A stretch of DNA of 64,000 bases from an uncultured Candidatus Saccharibacteria bacterium (GCA_964389975.1 CAYMGJ010000002.1:3109-67108), one strand, 5' to 3'; counted from the first letter of the stretch, positions 28,972 to 39,299 are shown. Numbers and translations: made by a program. The notes: generated by a model from the sequence alone, not told the origin.

Positions 28972-31900
28972 ATGAATACACAAAAAAACACCCTCGCTCT
29001 TGCGACATTATCTTTATTAATAATTACGAGTATAGTTTTTGTTTCCCGAGAGATATTCTCTCCATCACAAGAAATTGTAATGGATGCAATCGATCATAAA
29101 GCGGCGGTAGCAGATTTTGACAATGCTCTCATTGCAAAATTTTCTTTTGAAGAAGGAAGTGGAAATACAACCACTGATTCCATAGGTTCTCGAACAGGGA
29201 CATTAACAAATGGACCTTCGTGGATATCGGGCAAGGTGGGGAGTGGGGCCCTCTCATTTGATGGGGTGGATGACTTTGTTGACGCGGGAGATATTACGTC
29301 TGCAGGGGGAGTTGGTTCTCTCAGTGTTGCGGTATGGGTAAAACCGAGTTCATCTTCTGGTTCACTATCTGTTGTTACCAAATCACGTAGTGGTTTTACA
29401 TCATGGCAAATTGCTCGTAGTGCACAAGGTCGTTACTATTTCGCAACAGGGAATGAAACAGGATCATTTGTATATGCAGCTTCGGATTCTTTCTTTCCTG
29501 ATACTGATTGGCATCATGTTGTGGGTGTATATGATGGTGCCCATGCCAATGTGTATGTCGATGGAGTCGCTGTCATAGCTAACCCTCCAGCTCTCACAGG
29601 TACAATGAAGAGTGTTCCATATCCAGTATGTATTGGAGGAACTGCTGATGGGGGAGGGGCAAAATGTATTTCTGGTATGGCTGGTTCTGTTGATGATTTC
29701 CGTATATATAATAGGGCGCTTACAGATCAGGAAATCTCAGACCTCTATGTAGCTGGTGGCGGTAGTCTTGGTCCCGATGTAACATCTCCTACGATTTCAT
29801 TGACCCCTCTTGTTTCAACCACAGATCTCAAAGATTCACTTACCCTCGAAGCATCTGCATCTGACAATATTGGAGTTGCTGGTGTTCAGTTTAAAGTTGA
29901 TGGAGATGATATTGGAAATGAAGATACCACAACTCCATACTCTGTATCATGGAATACAACAACTGTTCCTAACGGTAGCCATACACTAACAGCAGTTGCG
30001 CGTGATGATGCAGGTAATACTAAGACATCAGCAGAAATTATTGTGACCGTAACAAATCCTCTCGATGTAACAAATCCAACCGTATCGGTTACTTCATCAG
30101 GTGGTACTAAATCAGGTACAATCACCATAACTGCAGACGCATCCGATGATCGTGGTGTTGCTGGCGTACAATTCAAGATTGATGGTAATGATTTAGAGAC
30201 AGAAGACGTCACTGCCCCATATTCAGTATCACTTGATACAACCCTCTATTCAAATGCAAGCCATTCCCTCACTGCTCTAGCTCGTGATGGGGCTGGTAAT
30301 ACAACAGAATCAAGTGCTGTGACCATAACTATTTTAAACACAGACACAACACCACCTACTGTATCAAATCCTCTTCCAACTGGAGTCATTTCACGAAATC
30401 TTACCCAAGCAACACTCCAGGTTACAACAAATGAATATGCTACGTGTCGATATTCAACAACTGCAAATATACCCTATGCATCAATGGTATCGGGTAACAC
30501 ATTCTCAACGGTAAGTGGATCTCTTCATACAAAGAGTGTTCCTGTTTCAATCAACACATCATATACATACTATGTTCGTTGTATTGATCAATCATCAAAT
30601 CCAACACTTTCTGATACAACAATTACATTTAGAACACCTGCCGCTACACCCGCAAATCAAGTTGTTATAGATTCAAGTTCTCTCATCGATGTGCCTACAG
30701 CAGCTCTCTGGGCTCGACGTGTTAACTTTAGTCCAAGTGATGGGGAAACTGTAAAGGCAAATCCCCCTGCATTTAGTTGGTTATATCGTCCAAATCTCGA
30801 ACTTGAAGTTCAACCATGGTTGCGAGACAGAAAGATATACCTCTTTGTATTTCAGGCAGCGTATAGTGAGGCAGACCTTAGAGCATCACGAAATCTTGCG
30901 GTCAATGTTCTTACACGTTCAAATGCATACAATTTCCTTGATGAATTTACCCCAGGGTCAACAGTGTATTGGCGCATTGGATATATCGTTGATACAAGTA
31001 TTGGTGAAAATGTTCCCAATGGTCTTGATCGTAATTTTGTAAGTACAACATCGGTTGCTACAATTGCTCCTTTTCAATCTCAGGCTGTATGGGGTGCAGT
31101 GCGAAGTTTTACTATCGATGACAATGCTATTTCATGGGATCGATCAATGCTTGCAGATGAAACATACCTTGCATCAAAGTCACATCCCCGAATATTTTTT
31201 AACAACAATAACAAGGCTGCATTTTGGACAACGACACAACAAGATCCAGATTGGTCACGTGTAAAGACATATCTTGATAGTCAGATTATTAATCCTTCCG
31301 TATGGAGTCATTCATACATTGGAAACATTACATGGGATGGTGGAATGCTTCTTGCTGCAGATGCCTTTATGTGGCAAATGACAGGGGATCAGAAATATCT
31401 TAATAATTTGTCTCCAAAGCCTCAAGAACTTCTTGTAACATATGCACAGGCGTATATCAGTTCAGGAGCATTTATGGAAGATATGGATACCGCAGGACGA
31501 GGTAGTCAGATATATTACGTTGGTCTTGCATATGATTGGCTCTATGATGTTATGACTGAGGAGCAACGAACCCTTGTTCGTCAGGCTATAGAAACTCAAC
31601 AGCAATTCCATCTTTACGCAGCAACATTCTCTGCGGGTCCTAATAGTGGATGTGGGTATCCCCTTGAATCAACCGATGATCCCAAGAGAAATCTCTATCC
31701 TCTCGGACGAAAAACAACTGAAGGATGTTATATGTATGGTTCAGAAAGTCATCAATACCATGGTGTTCATCAGACACTTGTAGGAGCTCTTGCTGCATAT
31801 ACAGAGAGTCCTGTATCACGAAAAACTCTCGAACTTCTTCTTGGTATGATGATCGGTCGTCCTCTGTTTAATGCTGTTGAAGGAGTCGATGGGGGAGGTG

Positions 31901-34900
31901 CGTATATTGGTTTGTACGAAACCATATTCCTCAAGGGTCTTCTTCGCTCAACATCAGTATTCCCTGAAGCCCATCTCGAACGGAACCCATTCTTGAGAAC
32001 AAGTGCAGATTGGTTTAGTCGTATACGTCCTGTTGGAGCAGAGACAGAAATGTTTCTCTGGGGAGATGCTTCTGGTAGTGGAGTAGTTGATTGGAATTAT
32101 TTCGGATACACCTTGTCAGGAATGACGGGGCTTAATTGGGTTGCCCAGCATTACAACAATCAAAGGGCAATTAATCCTCTCAATGAATTCTATTCGATAA
32201 ATCAAGATGGTGTGTTCTTGTTTGAAAAATATGCAGCAAAGAGATACTTTTCAACATTCTCTACAAAGTCAGAAACGCGCCCTCTCGCACAAGTGTTTCC
32301 TGCTGGTGGGTGGGTTCTTGCTTGTACATATCAATCAACTGATCCACGTTGTTTCAAGCAAGGTCTTGGTTTTGCTTTTGCTGCACGCCCTACTGTGAAT
32401 GGTGGTCACGCTGCTAATGCAGAAGGTTCATATGAACTATGGGCATACGGTCAAACAATTACAGAAAATGGTTCAATGCAGTGGTTTCATAACAAGAATG
32501 CTGCAAACCACAACCTCATTCTTGTAAATGGAGCTGGGCCATACCAGTATGACAAAGCGTTAGCATATGCACGAATCTTTGCATTTGATGATGGTAATTC
32601 AGCTTCAATACCTTATGTCTATGCAGCAAGTGATACGTCTGATTCATATCAACTTCTTCCTACAGGAAAAGAGGTGACTGTACGAAAGGCAAATCGTCAC
32701 TTCCTCATGGTGAAGAACAAGTATTTCGTTGTGTTTGACGATCTTGAAACAGCACAACCTGCAAAATTTACATCTGTATATCACGTACTTGATGATCCTC
32801 TCACTAAAGACCAGACAAAACCAGCGACATATTCATATGTTAAAACACGAACTTCAGCTCGTCTTGCGACAACACCTGGACGATTCTCATATTACAATCC
32901 AACGCCAGTTAAGGTATATGTTGCTGATACAGCACATACAACAGATGGATCTCTCGAGGTTCTTTACAGAAGTGGGGCAACTGATCTCTCTACAAACCCT
33001 ATTTCAGGTCAGATTATTGGAGAAATAGATCAACGTTCTTCATACTGTTATCTTCCAAATTATCTTGATAGCGGAAATTGTTCTGATGCCCGAAAGAATT
33101 CAGTATGGATATCAAACAAAAATGATTCAAATACATATAACTTCTTGAAAGTTATATACCCTCAGAAGCCTGGTACAAATGAAACTCCAGTTATAGAGAG
33201 ACTTGATGACTATACTGTAAGTGTGACTGATAGTAGTGGTACAGATATTATTTCATTCAATACTGACTCAGCTTCTCAGTACGGTGCAAATCTTGTTGTT
33301 GATACAGCTACTCTCGTACCACGTCCTGTTCCAGATGGAGGATTCGGAGTGAGACTTACCCCACGAACAGGTTCATATCCTGTTGTTGCTATCACCTCAC
33401 CAATTTCAGGGACAACACGAAGCGACCCTGCTTCATTCACTATTACCGCAACAGCTACTGATGCTGACGGCACTGTGTCTAAAGTTGATTTCTATAACGG
33501 AACAACAAAGATTGGTACTGATACAACTTCTCCATATTCATATACATGGTCAGCTGTTACTGCTGGTTCATACACTCTCTATGCACGAGCAACTGATAAT
33601 TCAGGTAATGTGGGGTCATCAGTAGGTGTTTCAGTTACTGTTACAGGGACTTCATTACCCACCGACACCACCCCTCCAACCATCTCTAACATTACGGTAA
33701 GCAACACAACAACAAGTGGTACTACCATCTCATGGACAACAAATGAAAACTCAACAACTCAAATTGAATATGGTCTCACCACAGGATATGGAAGTGTCAC
33801 TCAGTTCATAGCTACACCAAGTCTCAATCACTCACAAACAATCTCAGGTCTACAAGGTAATACGGTATATCACTACCGTGTAGCATCTCATGATGCAGCT
33901 GGTAATGAAGTACTGTCTCCTGATCAAACTTTCACCACCCTTACCTCAACAGACAATGATGGTGATGGTGTACTCAATACCGTTGATCGATGTCCACTTA
34001 CACCTCCTTCTCTCAGAAGTGTTGTAAATACCTATGGATGTCCTCTTCCTCTCCTTACCTCAAACAAGTTCCCAACAGTAACTGATCTTGCTAACAAAGA
34101 CATTACCGCACTCACTACACTTGAGCTTGGTAATACCTATGGAAAGGTAACCTATGGAGACACCGGCACCCCTTACAAACTCATACGTAATACTGATGAT
34201 CAGATTGATATTGATTCAAACCTCACCATTACCAAAGGATTGGTATCACTTGATTCAACACAACTTCCTGAACTCAACAAACGAGCTACCATTACTCTCT
34301 ACAATCTCAATATCACGTCACCTCGAATCCTCAAGGATGGAAATGTATGTAGTGGATGTACCTTCATCTCATACACCAATGGAACACTCATATTCTCTGT
34401 ACCAAGCTTCTCTACCTACAGTGTCATAGATGATTCAGATCCCACCCCAACAACCCATACTGTTTCAGTTACCAAGATGGGTTCAGGTACCGGTACGGTA
34501 ACTGGTACAGGCATATCATGTGGAAGTGATTGTTCTGAAACCGTATCATCAAGTATCACTCTCACTGCATCTCCATCATCAGATTCAACATTCTCTGGAT
34601 GGTCAGGAGGATACTGTACAGGTACTTCATCATGTACTATCACTCCTTCTGCTGACGCTACTGTCATTGCTAATTTCGACGCAATCCCTGTTGCTCCTGT
34701 CATTCAGACACGTACCACAGGTGGATCAGGTGGTGGATCATCACGCACAACAACAAATACCATTACAACACCTGTATCTAATCCATATACTCCAAAGACA
34801 CAGAAGACCGTCACAACAAACCCCTATGTAAAGTCACAAACATCTCCAAAGACTACCGTAGGAACTCCTTCAATTAATATTCCCGATGACAACATCACAC

Positions 34901-35055
34901 CTGAAGACTCTGAACCATTCCCAACCTTCGTTGTGCCAACTATGTGGGAACAGATTACTGCATATATACAGCATGTATATCAGACATCAATCTCTCTCAT
35001 TACTACAACATGGATGAGAATATGGGGTGGGGTGGTGGGTCTCATCGGTAACTAG
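28972..35055 (+). CDS. Giant surface protein: N-terminal TM, LamG, Ig-like repeats, heparinase II/III- or DUF4962-like lyase core, Ig, FN3, shared C-terminal modules
   Basis: LamG, Big-type ASDN.GV..VQF..DG repeats, HPRIF, AYDWLYD, GGH...SYEL.AYG and HNLILVNG. Confidence 0.8.
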   Translation: MNTQKNTLALATLSLLIITSIVFVSREIFSPSQEIVMDAIDHKAAVADFDNALIAKFSFEEGSGNTTTDSIGSRTGTLTNGPSWISGKVGSGALSFDGVDDFVDAGDITSAGGVGSLSVAVWVKPSSSSGSLSVVTKSRSGFTSWQIARSAQGRYYFATGNETGSFVYAASDSFFPDTDWHHVVGVYDGAHANVYVDGVAVIANPPALTGTMKSVPYPVCIGGTADGGGAKCISGMAGSVDDFRIYNRALTDQEISDLYVAGGGSLGPDVTSPTISLTPLVSTTDLKDSLTLEASASDNIGVAGVQFKVDGDDIGNEDTTTPYSVSWNTTTVPNGSHTLTAVARDDAGNTKTSAEIIVTVTNPLDVTNPTVSVTSSGGTKSGTITITADASDDRGVAGVQFKIDGNDLETEDVTAPYSVSLDTTLYSNASHSLTALARDGAGNTTESSAVTITILNTDTTPPTVSNPLPTGVISRNLTQATLQVTTNEYATCRYSTTANIPYASMVSGNTFSTVSGSLHTKSVPVSINTSYTYYVRCIDQSSNPTLSDTTITFRTPAATPANQVVIDSSSLIDVPTAALWARRVNFSPSDGETVKANPPAFSWLYRPNLELEVQPWLRDRKIYLFVFQAAYSEADLRASRNLAVNVLTRSNAYNFLDEFTPGSTVYWRIGYIVDTSIGENVPNGLDRNFVSTTSVATIAPFQSQAVWGAVRSFTIDDNAISWDRSMLADETYLASKSHPRIFFNNNNKAAFWTTTQQDPDWSRVKTYLDSQIINPSVWSHSYIGNITWDGGMLLAADAFMWQMTGDQKYLNNLSPKPQELLVTYAQAYISSGAFMEDMDTAGRGSQIYYVGLAYDWLYDVMTEEQRTLVRQAIETQQQFHLYAATFSAGPNSGCGYPLESTDDPKRNLYPLGRKTTEGCYMYGSESHQYHGVHQTLVGALAAYTESPVSRKTLELLLGMMIGRPLFNAVEGVDGGGAYIGLYETIFLKGLLRSTSVFPEAHLERNPFLRTSADWFSRIRPVGAETEMFLWGDASGSGVVDWNYFGYTLSGMTGLNWVAQHYNNQRAINPLNEFYSINQDGVFLFEKYAAKRYFSTFSTKSETRPLAQVFPAGGWVLACTYQSTDPRCFKQGLGFAFAARPTVNGGHAANAEGSYELWAYGQTITENGSMQWFHNKNAANHNLILVNGAGPYQYDKALAYARIFAFDDGNSASIPYVYAASDTSDSYQLLPTGKEVTVRKANRHFLMVKNKYFVVFDDLETAQPAKFTSVYHVLDDPLTKDQTKPATYSYVKTRTSARLATTPGRFSYYNPTPVKVYVADTAHTTDGSLEVLYRSGATDLSTNPISGQIIGEIDQRSSYCYLPNYLDSGNCSDARKNSVWISNKNDSNTYNFLKVIYPQKPGTNETPVIERLDDYTVSVTDSSGTDIISFNTDSASQYGANLVVDTATLVPRPVPDGGFGVRLTPRTGSYPVVAITSPISGTTRSDPASFTITATATDADGTVSKVDFYNGTTKIGTDTTSPYSYTWSAVTAGSYTLYARATDNSGNVGSSVGVSVTVTGTSLPTDTTPPTISNITVSNTTTSGTTISWTTNENSTTQIEYGLTTGYGSVTQFIATPSLNHSQTISGLQGNTVYHYRVASHDAAGNEVLSPDQTFTTLTSTDNDGDGVLNTVDRCPLTPPSLRSVVNTYGCPLPLLTSNKFPTVTDLANKDITALTTLELGNTYGKVTYGDTGTPYKLIRNTDDQIDIDSNLTITKGLVSLDSTQLPELNKRATITLYNLNITSPRILKDGNVCSGCTFISYTNGTLIFSVPSFSTYSVIDDSDPTPTTHTVSVTKMGSGTGTVTGTGISCGSDCSETVSSSITLTASPSSDSTFSGWSGGYCTGTSSCTITPSADATVIANFDAIPVAPVIQTRTTGGSGGGSSRTTTNTITTPVSNPYTPKTQKTVTTNPYVKSQTSPKTTVGTPSINIPDDNITPEDSEPFPTFVVPTMWEQITAYIQHVYQTSISLITTTWMRIWGGVVGLIGN
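34174..34650 (+). repeat. 477-bp direct repeat, copy 2
   Basis: Matches 28089-28565. Confidence 0.9.
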
Positions 35056-35103
35056 TTCTCCCCATAGTTTGATACTGGGTGAGAGGGTATAATAGGGGTA
35101 TAT

Positions 35104-37263
35104 ATGAAAATACGAATATATCATATAGTTTTCATCCTCCTCGCTTTTTTCTTGGTCACTCAGTCAGTCCAAGCTTTTAGTTTGTTTACTCCAAAAAAAT
35201 CTCTCACCTCAGGTCTTGTAGGATGGTATACATTTGATGGTAAGGATATAACAAATGGGAGAATCAACGATGTGTCGGGTAATGGGAATAATGGTGTTGT
35301 TTCAAATATTTCAACATCAACTTTCTATGTATCAGGAAAGGTGGGGCAGGGGATAAAATTAGATGGAACTGATGACTTTATAAAACCAGGTATATTTACT
35401 GATGGTCAATCTGTCCTCACTGTTTCTTTTTGGATTAAGTCAAATGCAAGTACTAATCCAGGTATTCCCATATCAAAGGGGCGATTTGCTGCTGCAACAG
35501 CTGGTTCATGGGACTTTCAGAGATCTGGTGCTGGAACTTGGTCTATGAACCTTGCAAATTCAAGCGCAGCTGTGGTTACTGCAAATGGACCAAGTGCGCA
35601 TAACAATACTAATTGGCAATTCGTAACGGGAGTATATAATGGTTCAACTGTAACACTCTATGTAAATGCAGTTGCTGGAACTCCTGTTGCTCAAACTGGT
35701 GCTGTACAGACAGCACTCTCATATCCCATCTGCATTGGTGCTATAAATGGTGACTCGAGTGGTACTTGTAGTCAATCAAGATTTGCTGGAATTATAGATG
35801 ATATACGTATTTACAATCGAGCACTCTCAGCAAGTGAAGTTCTTCAGCTTTACAATCAGGGAGGAGGAAACAAACAGAATGTTGTTGCAAAAAATTCTCT
35901 TACCTCAGGTCTTGTGGGTTGGTGGACTTTTGATGGGAAGGATGTGGTTAATGGGAGAGCGAATGATGTGTCAGGCAACGCGAATCATGGTCGTTTGATT
36001 AGTATTTCAACCTCCACTTTCTATACCACAGGGAAAATTGGACAAGGGTTTAGATTTGATGCCATCGATGACTATGTTGATGTTGGTGATTTGAGTGGGG
36101 TTGAAGGAAAAACTGCTTTAACAGTATCTGCATGGGTCAAAAGTACAGAAACAGAAAATGTTTCTGGAAGTGATATGATTATTAGTAAAACTGGATCAGG
36201 TTCAGATACTTTCGAAATGTATTGGGAGCAGAACGAAAGTGTTAGTTTTTGTGTAGTTGGTTCTTCTGGTACTAGTTGTGGAGGAGCAGATACAGCTATC
36301 GCTTCGTATGCAAGTGGTATACCAATTGGGTCTGGGAAAAATTGGTACCATATTGTCGGAGTATATGATTCTGTTTCAAGTATTGTTAAGGTATATGTAA
36401 ATGGTGTGCAAGGCGGTGTTACCGGATCCCTCTCTTCTCTCACTCAGAATAGTACACATACCATAAAGATTGGGAATTCATGGTCTGGAACGATTGATGA
36501 TGTTCGCATTTATAGTCGAGCCCTCTCAGCAAGTGAAGTTCTCCAGCTTTACAATCAAGGGGGAGGAACCAAACAGAGTGTTGTTGCAAAAAATTCAGTA
36601 ACTTCAGGAATTATAGGGTGGTGGACGTTCGATGGAAAAGATATGGTGAATGGCGTGGCTGTAAATTTAGCAACAACCTCAGCTTTCTACGGTAGACCTT
36701 CAAATATCTCAACTTCTACCTTCTATACCTCAGGTAAACTCGGTCAAGCGTTGAGATTTGATGCAACCGATGACACTATGGTTGCGGGGGATATGACAAA
36801 TGCTGATAACGTAAGTGTCTTAACTACTTCAGTTTGGGTTAAGCCAGCGGTTGCTGATACATCTGCGATTACGTTTTTCTCAAAAACTAGAGGGGGTTTT
36901 GATACTTGGTTTCTTGCACGAAATGGCTTTGAAAATTTTTGGGCAGAGATGTGCAGTGCTTCTACGTGTGTTGATGCGATAAGTGATGCTACGTTTGCAG
37001 ATACCAATTGGCATCATCTTGTTAGTGTGTACAACGGAACAGATCTCCGTCTTTATGTTGATGGCGTTCTTGCTGATTCAACCCCACCATCTCTAACGGG
37101 GACGATAAAGGACAGGTCAGATAGTATATGCTTCGGTGGTACGTGGAATGGATCAAGTTGTAGTCAGTCGTATACGGGTGGTGGGCTCCTTGATGATGCA
37201 CGTATTTATAGTAGAGCTCTTTCAGCAAGTGAAGTGCTACAGTTGTATAATCAAGGGAAATAG
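35104..37263 (+). CDS. Secreted protein with three tandem LamG (ConA-like) domains
   Basis: Signal peptide (VQA cleavage site); three copies of SGL/IVGWWTFDGKD...DD.RIY.RALSASEVLQLYNQG. Confidence 0.88.
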   Translation: MKIRIYHIVFILLAFFLVTQSVQAFSLFTPKKSLTSGLVGWYTFDGKDITNGRINDVSGNGNNGVVSNISTSTFYVSGKVGQGIKLDGTDDFIKPGIFTDGQSVLTVSFWIKSNASTNPGIPISKGRFAAATAGSWDFQRSGAGTWSMNLANSSAAVVTANGPSAHNNTNWQFVTGVYNGSTVTLYVNAVAGTPVAQTGAVQTALSYPICIGAINGDSSGTCSQSRFAGIIDDIRIYNRALSASEVLQLYNQGGGNKQNVVAKNSLTSGLVGWWTFDGKDVVNGRANDVSGNANHGRLISISTSTFYTTGKIGQGFRFDAIDDYVDVGDLSGVEGKTALTVSAWVKSTETENVSGSDMIISKTGSGSDTFEMYWEQNESVSFCVVGSSGTSCGGADTAIASYASGIPIGSGKNWYHIVGVYDSVSSIVKVYVNGVQGGVTGSLSSLTQNSTHTIKIGNSWSGTIDDVRIYSRALSASEVLQLYNQGGGTKQSVVAKNSVTSGIIGWWTFDGKDMVNGVAVNLATTSAFYGRPSNISTSTFYTSGKLGQALRFDATDDTMVAGDMTNADNVSVLTTSVWVKPAVADTSAITFFSKTRGGFDTWFLARNGFENFWAEMCSASTCVDAISDATFADTNWHHLVSVYNGTDLRLYVDGVLADSTPPSLTGTIKDRSDSICFGGTWNGSSCSQSYTGGGLLDDARIYSRALSASEVLQLYNQGK

Positions 37264-37280
37264 AAATATTTCATATGTTA

Positions 37281-37309
37281 AACAACCGCTGATAGTATCA
37301 GCGGTTGTT
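37281..37309. terminator. Hairpin between convergent genes
   Basis: AACAACCGCTGATA-G-TATCAGCGGTTGTT. Confidence 0.65.
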
Positions 37310-37313
37310 GAGT

Positions 37314-37931
37314 TTAGGAACGTGGCTGGACATCCGGAACAGATGGGCCGCGTGCCTGTGCAAATATTATTTTTGAACGTAGTAGAAGTGTTCCCAGAAG
37401 CATGTCTGCTAGTGGTAATACTACATTAAAATTTTTGTGCATATAACGATGATGAAGAAGATGGTGCCCATTTAGTTTCTGGAACCACCAACCTTTTTCA
37501 AGTCTTCTTTGCTTCGGAAGATGCATACACCAGTGTAGGTACTCATACGTTGCAAAATACAAGGAACATGCAATAGCTGAACCACATATGAGCGCCCATT
37601 TCTCGAGGATGATCGCTGTTATGAGAAAAGGAATCTGACAAGTAATTACAATGACAGGGCCGTTCCACCATGCCATAGGAATTGTTTTCTTGTCGTTTTC
37701 ATTAATGAGGTGGTATGTGTGATCAGCACGGAAAATTCCATGATGAACCACAGCGTGTGCTTGAAAGGGGTATCTCCACTTAAGGGTGATTCGATGCATA
37801 AAGAAGCGGTGGAGTGTCCATTCGAAGAAAGAAGAAAAAACAATACCGCTTAAAAAACCAACAATGAGAAGGATATAGAAGGAGTTCATAAGTAAGGTGC
37901 TGATTTCGTTGTTTAGGAGCTTTCCATTCAT
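37314..37931 (-). CDS. Fatty acid hydroxylase / sterol desaturase family protein
   Basis: His boxes EWTLHRFFMH, HAVVHH, YEYLHWCMH and HHLLHH, plus NFNVV. Confidence 0.85.
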   Translation of the reverse strand: MNGKLLNNEISTLLMNSFYILLIVGFLSGIVFSSFFEWTLHRFFMHRITLKWRYPFQAHAVVHHGIFRADHTYHLINENDKKTIPMAWWNGPVIVITCQIPFLITAIILEKWALICGSAIACSLYFATYEYLHWCMHLPKQRRLEKGWWFQKLNGHHLLHHRYMHKNFNVVLPLADMLLGTLLLRSKIIFAQARGPSVPDVQPRS

Positions 37932-38020
37932 AAGTATATCTTTAAAAGTTAGAATCTGCCATTGAAATTATGCATAACCTTGACATATATTACAACATAA
38001 TATATATTTATATGACATTT

Positions 38021-39247
38021 ATGCACAAGAAAACATCATACTCAGGGCCACAGAAACGATTTGGCGGACGACCTCACTTTAGTAAAGGACCTCGAAACTT
38101 TAGCAAACCACAACAGAGAACTCGTAATCGTGCCCCTCAGGGACAATATATTGAACACGCTCGCTTCATTAACAAAGCAGTTATCACTGAAGAGGTTGAG
38201 CACTTTACCCCAGAACACACCTTCGCTGATTTTCATATCGATGAAGTATTGAAAGCGGGTATTATCGCTAAGGGATACAAACTCCCAACTCCCATTCAAG
38301 ATCGATCAATTCCTCATGTTTTAAAAGGTGAGGATATTGTCGGTATTGCAAATACAGGGACAGGTAAAACTGCTGCATTTCTCATACCTTTAATCGACAA
38401 GGTGTTAAAAGATCGAAAGCAAAGAATACTCATCGTTGTTCCAACTCGTGAACTTGCCATCCAGATTCAAGAAGAACTCAAAGGCTTTACTCGAGGTATG
38501 AAAATATTCTCAGTATGTTGTGTGGGTGGTGCCTATATTGGTAAACAACTTTCAGAACTTCGTTATGTTAATGAATTTATCATTGGTACTCCTGGACGAT
38601 TGAAGGATCTCATAGAGCGTAAAGCTATCTCTCTCAATCAATTTCAAACTATTGTACTTGACGAAGCTGATCGAATGCTTGATATGGGATTTGTGAATGA
38701 CATGCGTTTCCTTATGGCTGGTATGCCTAAACCACGTCATACTCTCTTTTTCTCAGCAACTCTTTCTCCTGAAATTGAGCGATTGATCGGTGAATTTTTA
38801 CATGAGCCAGTTCGTATTTCAGTAAAGACTCGAGATACCTCAAAGAATATTGAACAAGATATTGTTCGTGTTGCTCGGGGAATGAACAAGATTGATGTAC
38901 TTCGAGAACTTCTTTCTAAGGAAGATTTTCAGAAAGTAATTATCTTCGGTAGGACAAAGCACGGAGTTGAAAAACTTTCACGAGCATTGATTGAAAAAGG
39001 ATTTAAGGCAGAGTCAATCCATGGGGACAAAAATCATGGTCAACGTCAGCGTGCTCTCAAGGGCTTTAAGGAAAATCAAGTTCAGATTCTTGTTGCAACT
39101 GATGTTGCGGCTCGAGGTCTTGATATTCCTGATGTAAGTCATGTGATTAACTTTGATATTCCTGCTACATATGATGACTATGTGCATCGCATTGGTCGAA
39201 CTGGCCGTGCAAACAAGAAAGGTAAGGCGCTTACATTTGTTGAATAG
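38021..39247 (+). CDS. DEAD-box RNA helicase (RhlE-like)
   Basis: Q motif, TGTGKT, PTRELA, DEAD, SAT, ARGLD and HRIGRTGR; TTGACA-17-TATATT upstream. Confidence 0.96.
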   Translation: MHKKTSYSGPQKRFGGRPHFSKGPRNFSKPQQRTRNRAPQGQYIEHARFINKAVITEEVEHFTPEHTFADFHIDEVLKAGIIAKGYKLPTPIQDRSIPHVLKGEDIVGIANTGTGKTAAFLIPLIDKVLKDRKQRILIVVPTRELAIQIQEELKGFTRGMKIFSVCCVGGAYIGKQLSELRYVNEFIIGTPGRLKDLIERKAISLNQFQTIVLDEADRMLDMGFVNDMRFLMAGMPKPRHTLFFSATLSPEIERLIGEFLHEPVRISVKTRDTSKNIEQDIVRVARGMNKIDVLRELLSKEDFQKVIIFGRTKHGVEKLSRALIEKGFKAESIHGDKNHGQRQRALKGFKENQVQILVATDVAARGLDIPDVSHVINFDIPATYDDYVHRIGRTGRANKKGKALTFVE

Positions 39248-39299
39248 GTTAAGATTGAAATATATCCTCAGGTACAGTACTATGAGGATATATTTTTTT

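Noticed and set aside
28089-34650. Repeat pair as DGR template/variable repeats or IS ends
   Set aside because: No adenine-specific mismatches, both copies are in-frame coding, and no reverse transcriptase or transposase is present.
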